Under the pieces are notes generated by a model, which made no database searches, was not told the DNA's origin, and saw only the letters and a list, made by a program, of their open reading frames with translations. Made by a program: the position numbers and the translations under genes. DNA of 64,000 nt from Podarcis liolepis (lineage: Eukaryota): assembly GCA_965112155.1 (NCBI GenBank), contig OZ218103.1. One strand, given 5' to 3'. Shown here in pieces: positions 27,686-41,688 of the stretch (the stretch's first letter is position 1; each line of letters starts with the position of its first letter).

Positions 27686-28134
27686 GTAAAAGGGGAAGCA
27701 GGGAGTAGAGAGCGGCAGACCTTAAGCAAATCTTTCGGACTTGGTAGTAATAATGTAGCATTTTCTCAGCCTGAAGGGCACAAGGAGACATGTCTTACAA
27801 ACTATCAGGGTTCCCAAAGTGAAGCATGAACCTCTTGGAAGAGGTAAAAGGGTTTGATTGCTGTAACTTGATTCTCTCACTGTGTTGTGGCCAAGCACCA
27901 AAAATGGTAATGTGGTGTAGAAAATAGTGGGGGAAAGCAGCACAGTTGAGACAGGGTGTAGCTGACTGATATTTTCTGTTGCAGTGGGCCACAACTGCCT
28001 AAATTCAACCCCACCTTTGCCAGGTTGCAGTAGCCAACTTATTTCAAATGTGATGCTCGTATTATAGCAGTTCCTAATGTTTCTCAATGTATTTCCATGC
28101 TTTTTTTAAATATCCTACTTTTTTATGTTCACAG

Positions 28135-30239
28135 TTGGTGGAAACTCTTCTCAGAGCAGTTCACCTAGTTCGAGTGTTCCCAACTCCCCTGCTAGTTCGG
28201 GACATATCCGACCCAGCTCTTTGCATGGACTAGCACCAAAGCTTCAACGGCAATATCGATCTCCACGACGTAAATCTGCAGGGAACATTCCTCTCTCGCC
28301 ACTAGCTCACACTCCTTCGCCAACCCCACAGTCTACGTCGCCTCAGCGCTCCCCTTCTCCTTTGCCAGGGCATTCAGTTGGCAGTTCAGGCATCATGCAA
28401 TCATTTCCTGTCAAGTTACACTCCTCCCCACCTCTCGTCCGACAGATTTCAAGGCCCAAGAGTGCTGAGCCACCAAGATCCCCTTTGCTGAAGAGAGTCC
28501 AGTCAGCTGAAAAACTTACCTCCTCTCTCTCTTCAGAAAAAAAGATGCCGTCTTCGCGCAAGCATAGCTTGGACATCTCCCATTCAGAATTCAAAAAGGA
28601 GATGCTCCAGAGAGATCCTGGCCTCCAAAGTTGGCAGGAATCCATGAGTGAAACAACTGGAGGCAAAGTTGGACTTGCAGAAAAAGGGACCCTGCAGAAA
28701 CCTTCTTCCAGAAAACTGGGACCTATTCGGCACGACAGGGTGGAGCGAAGGGAGTCTCTACAGAAGCAGGAGGCCATCACAGAAGTAGATTCTTCTGAAG
28801 ATGAAACTGACGAAGGATCAGAAGATAGTCAAGATGGAAAGAAAATGGACAGGCCAGCCTTCAGTAGAGACCACCAAGTTTCTGATCCTTTCTCTGAGGA
28901 TATGAAGCGTTCTTCCAAGTTGGAAAGCAAAGACAGTATGGAGGACGATGCGTTTCTTCCTGAGGAACCAAAAACTGTCAGTTTGCAGAAAGGGGCAGAT
29001 CAACACCAACCAAAGGATGTTGCAAGGACACCACTGGCCGGTATAGATGAGTCACAATCTGAAGTTTGTGTGAGAACTTCTCCTATTGAAAAATTTGGTG
29101 ACTGTGAAGCAGTTAAGCTAACAGATTCTGAAACCCAATTAGGGTCAGGACAAGGCAATACTCTCAGACTTGCTAATCAGAAATGTGCCTGTTTCGAAGA
29201 TGCTGAGGACCCTAAACAAACTCTGATTATCCAGGAAAGCATAGACTGCCCAGAACAGGTGAAGTGCCTACCAGTGAGATATCTGCAGCTCGGTCAAGGT
29301 GACTGTTCAGGGCTGGCAAGTGGCAAAGATAACCTGAAGGAATTTGCTTCTACAGAAACTACTTATATGTTGTCTCATGATATTAAGCCTTTGTTAGCAC
29401 TTTCTTCTTCTACTTGCACAACTAGCACAAGCTCTCTTCCACTAATAAGCCAAATGGACTGCAAAGATGCACCTCAGAAACAGGAAGCCCAGTCTGTCAA
29501 GGAAAGCACCAGTATTCCGAACCTGACAAGCAGTGGCAAAACATCTTCACAAAGGTCTCCTGATGCCGAAGAATCACAAGGTTTGTCATCTGCAGCATTA
29601 GTTTCAAAACACAAAAGTCATGCAAGTGATACAAACTTAAGTTGTCCTATAGGAAGACCAAGTCTCACAATTGATGCAGCAGCTGAAAATGGAAAATCAG
29701 TTTGCCCAGCTCCTTTAGCAATAGATGCAAAAGGCATGTTGTGCCCAGGAAATATTAATGTATCTGGCTCAAGAGAACTAGAAAGAACAAGAGAAGAGTT
29801 CCCCCCGAAGGAACTGTTTCATATGAAAGAGAGTATGCCAAAGGAAGAAATGCAGGAAACACTAAAGGAAGGCCCAGGCCCAGTAACAGCCAAACCTTTC
29901 AGCATAGGTAGTCTCATTAAAATATGTGGTTCCCATATTGGGTCCGAAAGCCTAGCAGAGTCTTTGGAGCCAGAGTGTTCAGTGGGAGCAAAAGAGAAGC
30001 CAGGGACTGGTAATTCTAAGGTACCTGAAATTTTGGAGGACAGGTGGCAATTGCCTCCACCTGAAAAACAGGCAGATGGCACAGCAAGGCAGAGCACAGG
30101 GGTTTCATCTGGACCAGATTCTAGCCAGAATTCCAAAAAGGAAACTGCTCTGATGCCAGGAGAAATCGGAGAGACTGGAGGTCAATCACAAACAAGAGAC
30201 TTCCTGTTGTCAGATGGTGACGTCGTGAAGAAAACATAG
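28135..30239 (+). CDS. MAST2: MAST2 terminal coding exon ([11 protein letters not shown]...DGDVVKKT*)
   Basis: cacag|TT acceptor; 2105 nt open to TAG at 30237-30239; conserved [36 protein letters not shown] and [11 protein letters not shown] motifs, then a low-conservation tail. Confidence 0.95.
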
Positions 30240-30803
30240 CAACATATCTACATTCAGAAGCAAAGACAACATTAGTAGAACACAAATATAAAACACAAAA
30301 CTTGTGCAACTTTTTTTGTTGATTTGTGTTTTCACACTCTTGCCTTTTTCATTCTTGCAATTCTATTTTTGTACTCAGCGTTTGATGCCTCTTAGCAGGG
30401 TATCTTTAAAGCAAGATTAAAAAAATGATTTCCAAACTCCCCCCCCCCCCCCACAACATTTTTGGCCCTAAATTTGAAGCATTCTGTTAAATATCTATTT
30501 TCTTTCAAAATTCCAGGGAATTACGTTTGCCAAATTAGACCGCTCACTTGGAAATGGCACATTTTGAGCACAAATTCCAAATTTTAGTCCTTGTTTCCAA
30601 AATTTTAGGTCATGTCTTTTAAGTTGGCAAGGATTAAAATAAACACTTTTGATGGCAGACTGTCCTGAATCATTATGCCACCTCACATATTTTCTTACAT
30701 ATCATAGACGTCCAATTTATGTATATCTGTGAGGAAACCTTGTGTCAGCTTGTGCAATGGGGCAATACCCTCCTTTTAAAAAGAACGTTAAGCAAAACGG
30801 CAA

Positions 30804-30809
30804 AATAAA
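30804..30809 (+). promoter_or_regulatory. Candidate MAST2 polyadenylation signal
   Basis: AATAAA ~565 nt after the stop, followed by a T/GT-rich tract (30811-30850); a second AATAAA lies at 30638-30643. Confidence 0.5.
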
Positions 30810-30960
30810 ATCTTTAGTTTATCTTTGTTTTTGTTTTTTAAAAGGCTTTTATTTAAAAGAAGATTACTTCTTTTTCTCCCTTTTTAGAATTTTTAATCCT
30901 TTTTGCTCAAAGTAGTCAGTAACCTCAAAAGAGGCACATGGTGCTTCAGTTATGCTAACT

Positions 30961-31098
30961 CAGGAGTAAGGGGCCTGTAGGCTTTCACTGTAATTGCTAA
31001 CTACAACTCCCATCATCCCTGACTATTGGTCATGCTGGCTAGGACTGATGGGAGTTGCAGTCCAATAACACCTGGAGGCCACAGGTTCCCCACCCCTG
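30961..31098. mobile_element. hAT-type MITE (related to 26362 and 41553)
   Basis: Internal inverted repeat CTACAACTCCCATCA / TGATGGGAGTTGCAG; right end GTTCCCCACCCCTG; TSD decayed. Confidence 0.7.
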
Positions 31099-32024
31099 CT
31101 TTAGCAAGCTAAGCTAATTTACTTTACTGACATGTTGCTGTGAGACGCAAACATTTGGGACTATCACACCCCCAGTCTTATGGAGCTATCTTGATTGTTG
31201 TGGACGAAAGTTAAAATCCAGTGAAGTGTTCTCATTTGACTTTGTGAGTGAGAGAAGTGATCTTCATTGATTCATCAGGAGGCAGCTAAGACCAAACCGT
31301 GTCTAGGTGAAATAGTCCTGTTAGCATTAGTGTCTCTTTCCCAAGTGTAAGTAGGTAATTCAGTAAATTGACCCTTCAGTCATATAGTAAGTTTATTATA
31401 ATTCAACGGTCCCTTCCATTGTTTAATCCACCTTCTACCTTTCTTAAATGTCTATATTTTCTAAGTAACCTTTTGAATGTTTTTGAAAGTTCAACATGAG
31501 TTGGTGCTTTTTGCTTAAAGACATCTGAGTCTATGATACTGCACTGATACATACAGTATAGCACTAGCAGCAGCATTTCAAGTATATTATTGAATCTAAT
31601 TACAGTTTATAGGCAAAAGTAACTATTTCCATAAACTCCACAATACTTACAGCCTTGCCTAACAGAATGCATCTGTGTGTGTCTGTGTGAGCAGAGAAAG
31701 TAATTATTTGCATAGTCTGCTGTTCTACCTACAGAGGTGATCACATGTTGACTAATAGCTCTCCAGGGCAAGCGCTGCAATTCATTACAACACAGCTTTA
31801 TTGCTCAGCCAGGTTTCTGATATGAAGGCTCTTCCTGCACCATTTCTCCTTACAAGAGCCTACATGTACTTTTTGACTAGGAATATTCTCTTAAATCCTT
31901 AATTTATTATAATCTCATTTCAAGTGTGTCTTGCCCAAACTCCCTGATTCTCCCCACTACATACCCAATTATTTGGTTTTAGTTTTGGACCAATTTATTT
32001 TTGATTTGGGGTTTTCTTTATATT

Positions 32025-32027
<3 letters not shown>

Positions 32028-32079
<52 letters not shown>

Positions 32080-32114
32080 AAGGGAATAGTGTGTGTGTGT
32101 GTGTGTGTGTGTGT
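32028..32114. repeat. Two (GT)n microsatellites, ~24 and ~13 units
   Basis: Direct reading: 32028-32075 and 32089-32114. Confidence 0.97.
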
Positions 32115-35100
32115 TGTAATGCTGCAGAACGATCCATTGGCTTTCTCATATAGAACTTGAAGCTTCAGTACTCAAAACTTCAATAGTAGTTCCCCACAAT
32201 GATTTAAGATCTGCTAATCTCTTTAATCCTGCCACCAGTGCACAATAGCTAAATTTATGCATTAACATTTTTAAAATAAACCATTAGGCTTTCCTCCATC
32301 GAGCCACACCTTTATCTTACCAGCCTTTCCTATCAGTTTGCTGTGTTGCCCTCAGAACAGAGGCAACTGGGGCCTCAGTGAATATATACATTCAGAGAAA
32401 GGGAATTGATGGCATAGCCACTCAGAAATGCACATTAACTTGAATAATGTAAAAATATTAAATGCATTGATTTACACTGTGTGAATTTGAGCCCCGGGGA
32501 TGAATAATGTAGCTTCAAACATACCTTGTAGCATCTGTTTACACAATGGCAGCCAAAGGATTTATATCTCTAGTTTAGCCAAATAAAGCATATTGGGCCA
32601 CCTCATTTCTGTATAGATGCCACTTAGATATTACCTTTTTATGTATTCATTCTACCATTACCAGGAAACCTATGTAATTGTTAAAGCCTGCAGAAGCCTT
32701 CATTTTTCATGTTACTTGATATATTCCTGTAACTGTTGTCCCACTTCAGTAAAAATGATTGGCCACAAAAAATCGTTGCATCGAAACCACATGGCAGTAA
32801 ATCAGATTTATTCTTTGGACATCTCATATATATATATATATATATAGAAGAGTTCAGACAATCATGATGTTTCTGAGGGAAAAATTTAAGGTCTTAGGCT
32901 TAATATTTTTAAGTGCTTATAAGGAGGCAGCATGTGATGAGAGTTGAACTGATGTTACCATGTTGAGGAGACAGGTGTTTGCATAACTATAGTCTAGTTA
33001 AGCCACTATATGTATACAGTGTTGATCCACTTAGCTGAGACTGATCTCCATGATGTTCCATGAATGGGGGTGATTGGATAACTTTGTTTAGGCATGCAAT
33101 ATACACAGTCCCCTTAGCACGTTGCTTTCCTACTTTCTCTTATTTTCGTTTGGTGTCTAGAATTTCAACTTTAGTTTCCTACATACAGCCTTTAAACCTT
33201 TCAATATCCAGCTGGTGCATTTCTCAGCAATACTTCACACCATTACATGGTGCATCTAAAACCATCAAATAGATATTAAGTGTAAATATTAGACTTTCGC
33301 CTTGCCTAAAAACCACTCCTGGGGAACAATGCCTAAGACTTTTTGGTGTTTGTTATGCTACGGAAGAATACTCAACATAGACAGGGTAAAAGGAATGACC
33401 TGTGGGGCTTTTTTCCCTCATTAGCACTGAATTAAGGTGTTCTTTGGGGTTTTTGTTTGTTTCTTCCTGTGGGGAGGATTGTGTCTTTCTCCAGTTTTCT
33501 CTTACTGGACATGAAGGATGATGCCGTACTTCTAGTGGGTGATTTTACAGCTGTGTGTGTGTTTACATTGTGTTTTTGGTTTTTGTTATTCTGGAGGCTG
33601 TGAGCCCACCTTTCAATTTCAAGTTGGTGCCAATCAGCACCTGACTAGCAGAAACATAAAGTTGGGATATAAGTGTTTTTAGAAACTTGAACAATTGCCA
33701 CATAATAGAGGTGCAATAATTTTTATTCCTGTTGTACCTGCATGTTGATGTTCAAATACTCCTGAAATACACTTCATTTTTTTTACATAAACCCGTGTCC
33801 ATTTCTTAATTATTTCTCTTCAGAGGTTTTACTGTGATACGTTGCATTAATCCTGTGTTTCACTTGATCCATGCCGAGTGTCCTGCAACAACCCTAATGG
33901 GCTTTGTTACAGTGGTTCAGTTCACATGTTGTAGCAAACTATATTTAATGGTTTACTGTAAACACAAAGATTGCTTCCACTTAGTTCCTCCCCTAATGGG
34001 AGCTACAAACCATCATCCCTGGCTTGGCATTATGCCTGAGCCAGTGAATTCCCCCTTCCCCAAACCATGATGGGTAAGCCGAGAAGAAACCTTTGTATCA
34101 TGGTTTGTTTGGAGCAAAACAAACGTAGTACTAAGCCAGGTATTGTGATTCATTGGTCCCCTCTTAACTCTGTTTTATGATATGCAAATGCAACCAATGG
34201 GTGGATGCATATAAGACTTGCCAGTTGATAATGTACTTCAATGTTCATGTCAACTGCTTCTTGATACTGTAGACTGCGCGCCAGTGTTATATGTACTGTG
34301 GTAATTTGCCACTTGGTAAGTGGTCACCTGCATTCACTCCTGTTCTTCCATGAAATCTAGTTGTTTCATCATAACATAGTTCAATATACTAGCAGCTTGG
34401 GAAGAAGATGGCCATGGGTGGCGGGTGCAGTTTTATTTGAGCAGTCATCCTATGCTTTCCTACCACTAATATGTAACATATTTCCATACAAGTACTATGC
34501 TTGGGCATCATGTAAAATGAACTCTGCGATTCCATAGTCTTGTGGTGATATAGACAGCCAGACACATGTACCCACATGAGAAATAAATGTAGAGCTATAA
34601 AAACCTTAAGAGAGGGCAGTGCCTGGGAGCTATCACCCTCTCTCCATTGTGTTCCTGCAGCAAAGGCTTAGGCCGCTGTGCAACAATTTAGCCCCTGCCA
34701 CATTCCATTCCTGCACCTCGTGAGGGAAAGCGAACTGTTTGCTCAAGAGAGGAGGGAGACAACAGCTATTCCTATCTGTATAATGCTGAAATGAAGTTAC
34801 AGCTTTCAGCAGACACCAACTTCTTATGAAGTAAGCCAGCTGTTTGTTCTGGATGTAAAGCAACTGGGGACCAGGGCCTTTACATTGCTTTAAAGCGTGT
34901 TTTATACTTATTCCCTGCCCTGCCCCCAAAGAATTATGGGCACTGGGTTTTGTTAAGGGTTGCTGGGAATTGTAACTTGGTGAAGGATAAACTACAGTGT
35001 CTAGAATTCTTTGGGGGGTGGGACACACATGCAGTTCAAATGTGGTCAAAAGGGGGGGGCACATGGTTCAAATATGGTCAAAAGGTATATTGCGTGTGCA

Positions 35101-35704
35101 GCCTAGACGTAGGCTAACAACCATCTTAAGCACAACCACAAGGGGCAGATTCCAAGCTGCTCTAGGAGGCAGGTGGTCCCTCCTCCCAACATTAGCTCTT
35201 GGCTCACCAATGGCATGGCTTGCATATTTTTCACCACATAGAAAGGCCTTCACACTGCTGTTTGTCTCTTTACACACACCTATCCTGCAACTCCTGAAGG
35301 AAATTGAGAGCTGTTTGCTCAGAAGAGGAAAAGCTAAGGGCTTCAATAGGCCTGGCCTGCCTCTGTAAGGCACTGGGGTAGAGAATAAATGGGCCAAAGC
35401 AGCCACACTGCTCATGACAGCCCTGAGGTTAAAAAAGGCGGGAAAGCAGGAGAGGCCTATAGCACCTTGATGGGACATAGCTCTAGTTGCTGCTTGATGC
35501 CGTGTTACACCTGCTGAGGTGAGGGATGCAGTGCTGGCCGCCTCTATGATGGAGATTATGATCAATGTCACCTGGGAACTAGGCCACATTTCAAAAGGTA
35601 AGGAAAAGGAGCAAAAACCACACAGTAGAAAAAAGAATATTGTCCTATGTGCTTCAGATCACTCTGGTCCTTCCTTAGGGAAACTATAGTTTTTTAAAAA
35701 TATA

Positions 35705-35866
35705 CCGTATTTTTCCGTCTATAAGACACCCCCATGTATAGGACGCCCCCTATTTTGGGGGACTCTGAATTAAGAAAATGGGGGAACATGTATCCATGTA
35801 TAAGATGATCCCTAATTTTTGACAATATTTTTAGGGGAAAAACCTAGTCTTATACACGAAAAAATA
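35705..35866. mobile_element. Tc1/mariner MITE, right end truncated
   Basis: TA then CCGTATTTTTCCGTCTATAAGAC; partner GTCTTATACACGAAAAAATA. A related right end lies at ~52550-52591. Confidence 0.7.
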
Positions 35867-37851
35867 GTGACTACCCAAACTGAACACTGTATAAAGAAGC
35901 CCTTCATAAACAATATGTAAATATCATTATAATCTTAGAAAGAACCAGTATTCAAAAGAAAATGTACAAGTGTAAATATTTTAATAATAATTGTTATTTT
36001 GACTATCATAAAAACCGAATACATATGTGTATATGCAATAACAAAGGTAGGTTACTTGCTCAAATAGACATTCAATATTTTGTTATGCCTGCACTACTAC
36101 ACCAAACGGAAATCAAGCGTAGCTGTTGACACTGCAAAATGTCATGGGATGTGGCAGAGTTAGGCAAATCATGGGTTGCTAGGTTAAACAGGGCAGCCTA
36201 AGGACATTTTTTTTTTTTTTTGCCTAAAACAAAGATGGTGTGTGGACCCCGCCTTCCGCATGCATAAAACGTTGAATCTTGAGGGGGGGTCCTTTTAATT
36301 TCACATTCATTATGATTTCCATTCATTATGGTATTAGGGTGGCTACACGCAATCCTACTTTCAATACTCCGTGCCTGCATGTCCCATACTGCATGTCCCA
36401 CAGCTTTGTGCTAAAATCTTGTAATGTTTTATACCACAAATATTCCATTTGTTGTTTTTTTGGTCCCACTTCTGCTGCATTATAGCCACAAAAGTACATC
36501 TCCAGGCAGAAATAATGTGGTAGCATTGAGGAAGCATCATGGAACAACTAATAAGTGATGTGTGGATGGTCCCATATAGATCTGCCACCCAGAGTAGTTG
36601 CTTCATTCTGCCTAATGGTAGGGCTGCCCCTGCTGAGCAGCTGATTTGCTTTCCTCCCAGACCAGAAGGCAAGTATGTGAGAGGAGATGTGCTGCAGAAA
36701 AGAGGTCCTTGCAAGCCTTTTTCACTTCAGCTTTCCTGCTCTTCGTGTAAGTGGGAAAAGCTGAAGTGCAGCAAGCTGTGTCAGAAGAGGAACGCTGCCT
36801 CTCCTCAGAAGTGCTAACCAAAGCACATCCCAAGTGGTGTATTTCTCCTCCAATAGAAATAAACTGCTGTAATAAAGCTCAAATAGTGCCACATCAGAAA
36901 TGTACTGCCTACTGGTTAATAGGGCTCAACTGAGAAGTGTGGGGAAGCGCTTCTTGTGACGTGTATTAGCTCAGGGTCTAGAGTGGGAGAAAATCAGATG
37001 CCTTGTGTGATATTGGGACCTTGCCCAATTTAATAACTCCAAGAGGACCTGATCTTGCTCCACAAGCCAGGAGACATGGAATAGGAGTTTACTGTAAGAA
37101 GCTTGCTTTTTCTGGTCACAAGGTAATTAAATGTGTGATTGATTTTGTGCTTTACAGTATAGTACACACCAGCAAGCTGGGTAGGTAGTCCTGATTGCCC
37201 AGTGCCAGAAACACACACACTAGATCCACAACACCACCCCTCAAACTGTCTAGTGTATGGTACTGATGGAACTGCAGTGGAGATCTTACGTGTTGGAATT
37301 CAGTATATGCTCAGCTTTCCAATCCTGTGTACTTGCATCAGAAAGAGAAAGCTATGCCATACTTCAAACATTGCATTGTGCATGTGTTGTTTTATGCTCA
37401 GTTTTAAGAGGCATTGTTAAGTACTGAGTATGATTGGTTGAAGTGGAGAGGGGGGAGAGATGTTGCTGGACACCAACAATGTCACAAAGTATATCGGTTG
37501 GGTACCCTAATGTTAGTATGACGTCATTTCACTTGCCAAATGTAATAGCAATCAACAGGCTATGCAGGTTGGATGGGGGAAAGTTTCCTCTTTCCCCATA
37601 TATTGCAGCCATGTTCCAGTTATAAATAAACAAAGAATTCAGCAGAAAAGAGGACAGGGAGAAAACTGGAAATACAGTTAGCTCCACCTATTGTTCTTCT
37701 TGCTTCCCACCCTACCAGCTACACTGGGCAACACCCACCACTGTTGTTACAAGAGTTCTCTGCAGACTTGATCTGTTGCTGCATCTACAGCAGTGGAGGC
37801 TGAATCATCTCCACTGAAATCAATAGGTTCCCCTAAATTGCCACTAGCCTT

Positions 37852-37867
37852 CCACTAGAGGGCAGCA
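37852..37867 (+). promoter_or_regulatory. CTCF motif match
   Basis: CCACTAGAGGGCAGCA fits the core CCASYAGRKGGCRS. Confidence 0.55.
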
Positions 37868-37950
37868 TTGTTGCACAAGAATAAAATGCATAGGCTAAAT
37901 CTTGGGGATTTTCCCCTCTTCTGTGTTAAATATGACCACTGGTGCCATTA

Positions 37951-38179
37951 CAGTGGTACCTCGGGTTAAGTACTTAATTCGTTCTGGAGGTCCATTCTTA
38001 ACCTGAAACTGTTCTTAACCTGAAGCACCACTTTAGCTAATGGGGCCTGCTGCTGCTGCCACCGCGCCGCCAGAGCACAATTTCTGTTCTCATCCTGAAG
38101 CAAAGTTCTTAACCTGAGGTACTATTTCTGGGTTAGCGGAGTCTGTAACCTGAAGCGTATGTAACTTGAGGTACCACTG
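37951..38179. mobile_element. Tigger/pogo-like MITE
   Basis: TIRs CAGTGGTACCTCGGGTTA / TAACTTGAGGTACCACTG; TA TSD on both sides. Confidence 0.9.
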
Positions 38180-38919
38180 TACTTAGATCCATCATGTGTG
38201 ACATCACGGTATGGCATAGCCCACTGCTGATGCAACTGTTTCTCCTTAAACAGAAAATCACCTTATGCTTGTTTTATATAGGGCAGCTAATTCAATAAGT
38301 CTGTGCTGTGAAGTACTGTACTGGCTGTGGGTATCAGACAGTCACTGACCCTTTGGAGATTTCAGCACCTGTTGAGTTGTTTTCAACTGTTTCTAATGTT
38401 GTTTTGATGTTGTAACCTGGACTGGGACCTTAAAGTGAAGAGTGGGAAATAAATAAATAAAAATCGGAAGACATCTTTAGTCCACTAGGTCTCCCAGAAG
38501 GATAATCCTGGCCTGGTTAATTATGAAATAGTAAAATTGTATTTAAATAGGTTTCTACTTGATTATTAATATATTTTATTTATTTCTCTTTTTTACATCA
38601 CTTTGACATTCTTTTGAATATAACGTGATTATTTTTTTTCTAAATTAATGCTGTACAATAATAGGCAGATTGCACAATAATAATAAAAATAAGCAAATTG
38701 CATTATTAGCTTTGAATTAGGGCTACCATATTAACAAGAAACACACACAAACAACTCCACCCTCTCTTCCCTGGAAGTAGCCCCCCTTTCTGAATTTAAA
38801 AAGTTATTAAATTATTAAGGAATGTACTGTGTCTTAAATTATTTAGTAATGTAGTAAAAAAAAAATTGTTATACAAATTCATTACCCCAACTGATTTAAA
38901 ATGCACATCTTTTTTTCTG

Positions 38920-39030
38920 CATAGAAGTCTTGTTGGATCCGGCCAAAGGTCTACTTAGTCCAGCACCCTAATTTCACAGTGGCCAACCAAGTGCCTATGG
39001 GAAGGAAGCCTGTAAGCAGGATCTGAGTTA
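38920..39030 (-). mobile_element. CR1-type LINE 3' fragment
   Basis: TGGATCCGGCCAAAGGTC..TAGTCCAGCA..TCACAGTGGCCAACCA..TGCCT; a second copy lies at ~46408-46515. Confidence 0.6.
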
Positions 39031-41552
39031 TGCGGTCATATGTTGTTGCTATCATCCTGATATTTTAAATATCCTGGAATGCATTTGGAAAAAAATGTAT
39101 ACAGTGCTACAAATAAACATGGTGCCTCTGACATGTCAACAGTTATAACGGGCCACATGGGTGTCAATGACATTTACAAACATATTTTAATAAATATAGT
39201 CATTACTGAAGGTAGCCATAAATGGCAAATTCAGAAACAATTCTTGAAAGGAGGGTGCAGTAACTAACTACTCTATAGAACATTATTTGGTGTTTACTGT
39301 TCTTAATTATCAAGGGCACAATCTTTAGAGTTGCATGAGCATCATCCTTAGGAATAGAAGTTTATAACGCTGGGAAATGTCCAGAGGGAGGAAACTGCAG
39401 TTATAACAGGCCCAGCTGGAATGTTTTCAGGTTTTTCCGTAAATGAAGATGTCACGAATCCTTTTGGAAAGCTGAAAACGCGAAGATCGAGCAAGCATTG
39501 AAACCAGAGTTTTTTTACCACCAACACCTAGACCTGCACTTCTAAGTACTTCCCACTTCCTGCAGGCGCCACCTACCTATCTCAGGCACCTGCCACAACC
39601 ACTCCTCCTTCCCTGTGCTCCTTCCCTGTGCACAAACCACTTCCCTGTGCCCCCACACCATGCAAGGTAGCATTCTGCTGCAGCAGGCCCCCGTTGCTGG
39701 AGGAGTGGCAAAGTGGCTGCTGTAGGGCTAGTGCTTGGTGCCCAAGTTCTTTAGGTCACAAGTAATGAAGCAAACAGGCATGTGAGTGGCAGTTGCTTCC
39801 TATATTAAATATGCCACCATGCCACACCCCCTTGTTCCTTATTGTCTGCCTCTCTTGGCCACATGGCATAGCCAAGTACGCACACAAGATGGCAGTGGGC
39901 AGCAGTGTCAAGTACTTTCTGGTACTTTGTAGTATACCCCCTACTAGTCTATAACGTCTAGTAGGTACATAGCTATGATGACCAGTAACAGGCCTGGTTC
40001 ATAAATTATCTCTGTGTCTGAAACTGGAGCACATTTTGATGGTGGGTTGATTCAGGAAAAAAAGCAGCTAGAGACTGGGAGGAAGGGAGCTTTGAGGCTT
40101 TTAATGGCTTTTGTGGTTGTGGCAGATGACTGGGATTTAAATTCAGGGACTAGGAGAGGGCTTCCATGTGCCCCAATGTGTTGGGAAACGGAGACAAGCA
40201 GAAGTAGCAAGAAAGAGGAGAAATTTTGGGAGTGATATGGCATGCTTAAGGGAAATATGAAACCCCAGGGTGGCAGTTTGTGGGTGGTCCCTGCTAAGAA
40301 ATTTCTTTTATTGTATTTGGCTATATGTAAAGTATTGGAAGCTTGACCTTCATCCTAAGATTTTGGGAAAGGGTGGATGCTAAATCTCCCCTACTCTGGG
40401 CAGTTCATGGTAGGTGGGGGCTCCCCTATGCTTTACTTGCATGTATCTGGTGACCCAGTCTTCCCCAGGCACACACACCCCACAGTGCTGCTCCTGTTCC
40501 TGCTCTGACCATCCCACCTACTCACTCTTTCCTTGCCTCAGTCCTCAAGTCCTTTCCATAATATTGCAAATTACCCTGTCCCACCACTTGTCTTATATTG
40601 CACAATTAGCTTCAAATCAGGGCTGCCGCACACACAAACAATTCTGCTCACTTTCTCGTCTCTGTAAGTAGTCACCCTCTCCAAAATTAAAAAGTTATTA
40701 GAGAAACAATCTGGTCAATAATTCAGCTTAAAATCTATGAAAAATCCCCTCCCTGTCAGCTTTCTAAGTTGCCAGCTGGAAGGTGCCCAACAAGAAAATT
40801 ACTGAAACAAAACCGTCTGTCATTCCCAAGGGACCAGAAAATATTTTTTCCCTTCTCCCTTTCCCCTTCTTGTTTGCTACATTTTAAAAATAAATATGAA
40901 GCATCAGGCAGATTGTTCTAAAGAGTCCTTCAAGTATTGGTTTCTCACACTGTGTTATGAAAGACTTTTGCCTTCAGGCACAGACTAATAAACAGATAAT
41001 AACACAGGGGGCAAAGTCCCATGCTGCAGCTTATTTTCATAACTTTCATTTACTTTTCCTATAAATGTTTCATTTTTCAACCAGGAGGAAGAGAGGAGGA
41101 CTGGCAGAGGTCTCACAACAGTGGTGCCAGTGGTGCAGACTTGCTCCTAATTAGAAATAGCAAGGGATTGGGCAGGCAGAGCAGTGTAGGAAATGCACAG
41201 CAAGCCCCTTCCTCAGAAACGTAGCTCCCCTCAAGTGGGGAAAGTGTTGGAATCAATGTATATAGGCATACTCCCCACCCCACCCCCACTTTCTTATTCT
41301 CTTTGAAATGAGAGTGAGAGTGGCTCATGCATTCACACACATTCCCATGGAAATCTTCAAAAACTGAAAGAAACTGCATTGTGTTGGACATACGCAGAGA
41401 AGCTTTTGTGGGTTATAAGTGGAGGGTCATGCCTAGCCCCTACCTGGTATGTGGCGTGGGGTCCTCAGAGAATGAACAAGGTGCCCAAAAGGTTGAGGAC
41501 CTTTGAGAAGCAGGCGTGGTCCTCTGAAACTAGCACTGAGGATCCCCTAGAG

Positions 41553-41688
41553 CAAGCTTCCTCAATCTCGGCCCTCCAGATGTTTTTGGCCTACAACTCT
41601 CATGATCCCTAGCTAGCAGGACCAGTGGTCAGGGGTGATGGAAATCGCCGTCTCAAAACATCTGGGGGGCTGAGGTTGAGGAAGCCTG
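41553..41688. mobile_element. hAT MITE
   Basis: TIRs CAAGCTTCCTCAATCTCGGCC / GGCTGAGGTTGAGGAAGCCTG; perfect 8-bp TSD CCCTAGAG (41545-41552, 41689-41696). Confidence 0.9.

Noticed and set aside
28343-30136. Antisense ORFs within the terminal exon
   Set aside because: Shadow ORFs of the MAST2 coding strand.
33495-33830. Acceptor-like sites (ctttctccag at ~33494, tttctcttcag at ~33823) as extra MAST2 3' exons
   Set aside because: No meaningful ORF or convincing donor; they lie beyond the stop codon and candidate polyA signals.
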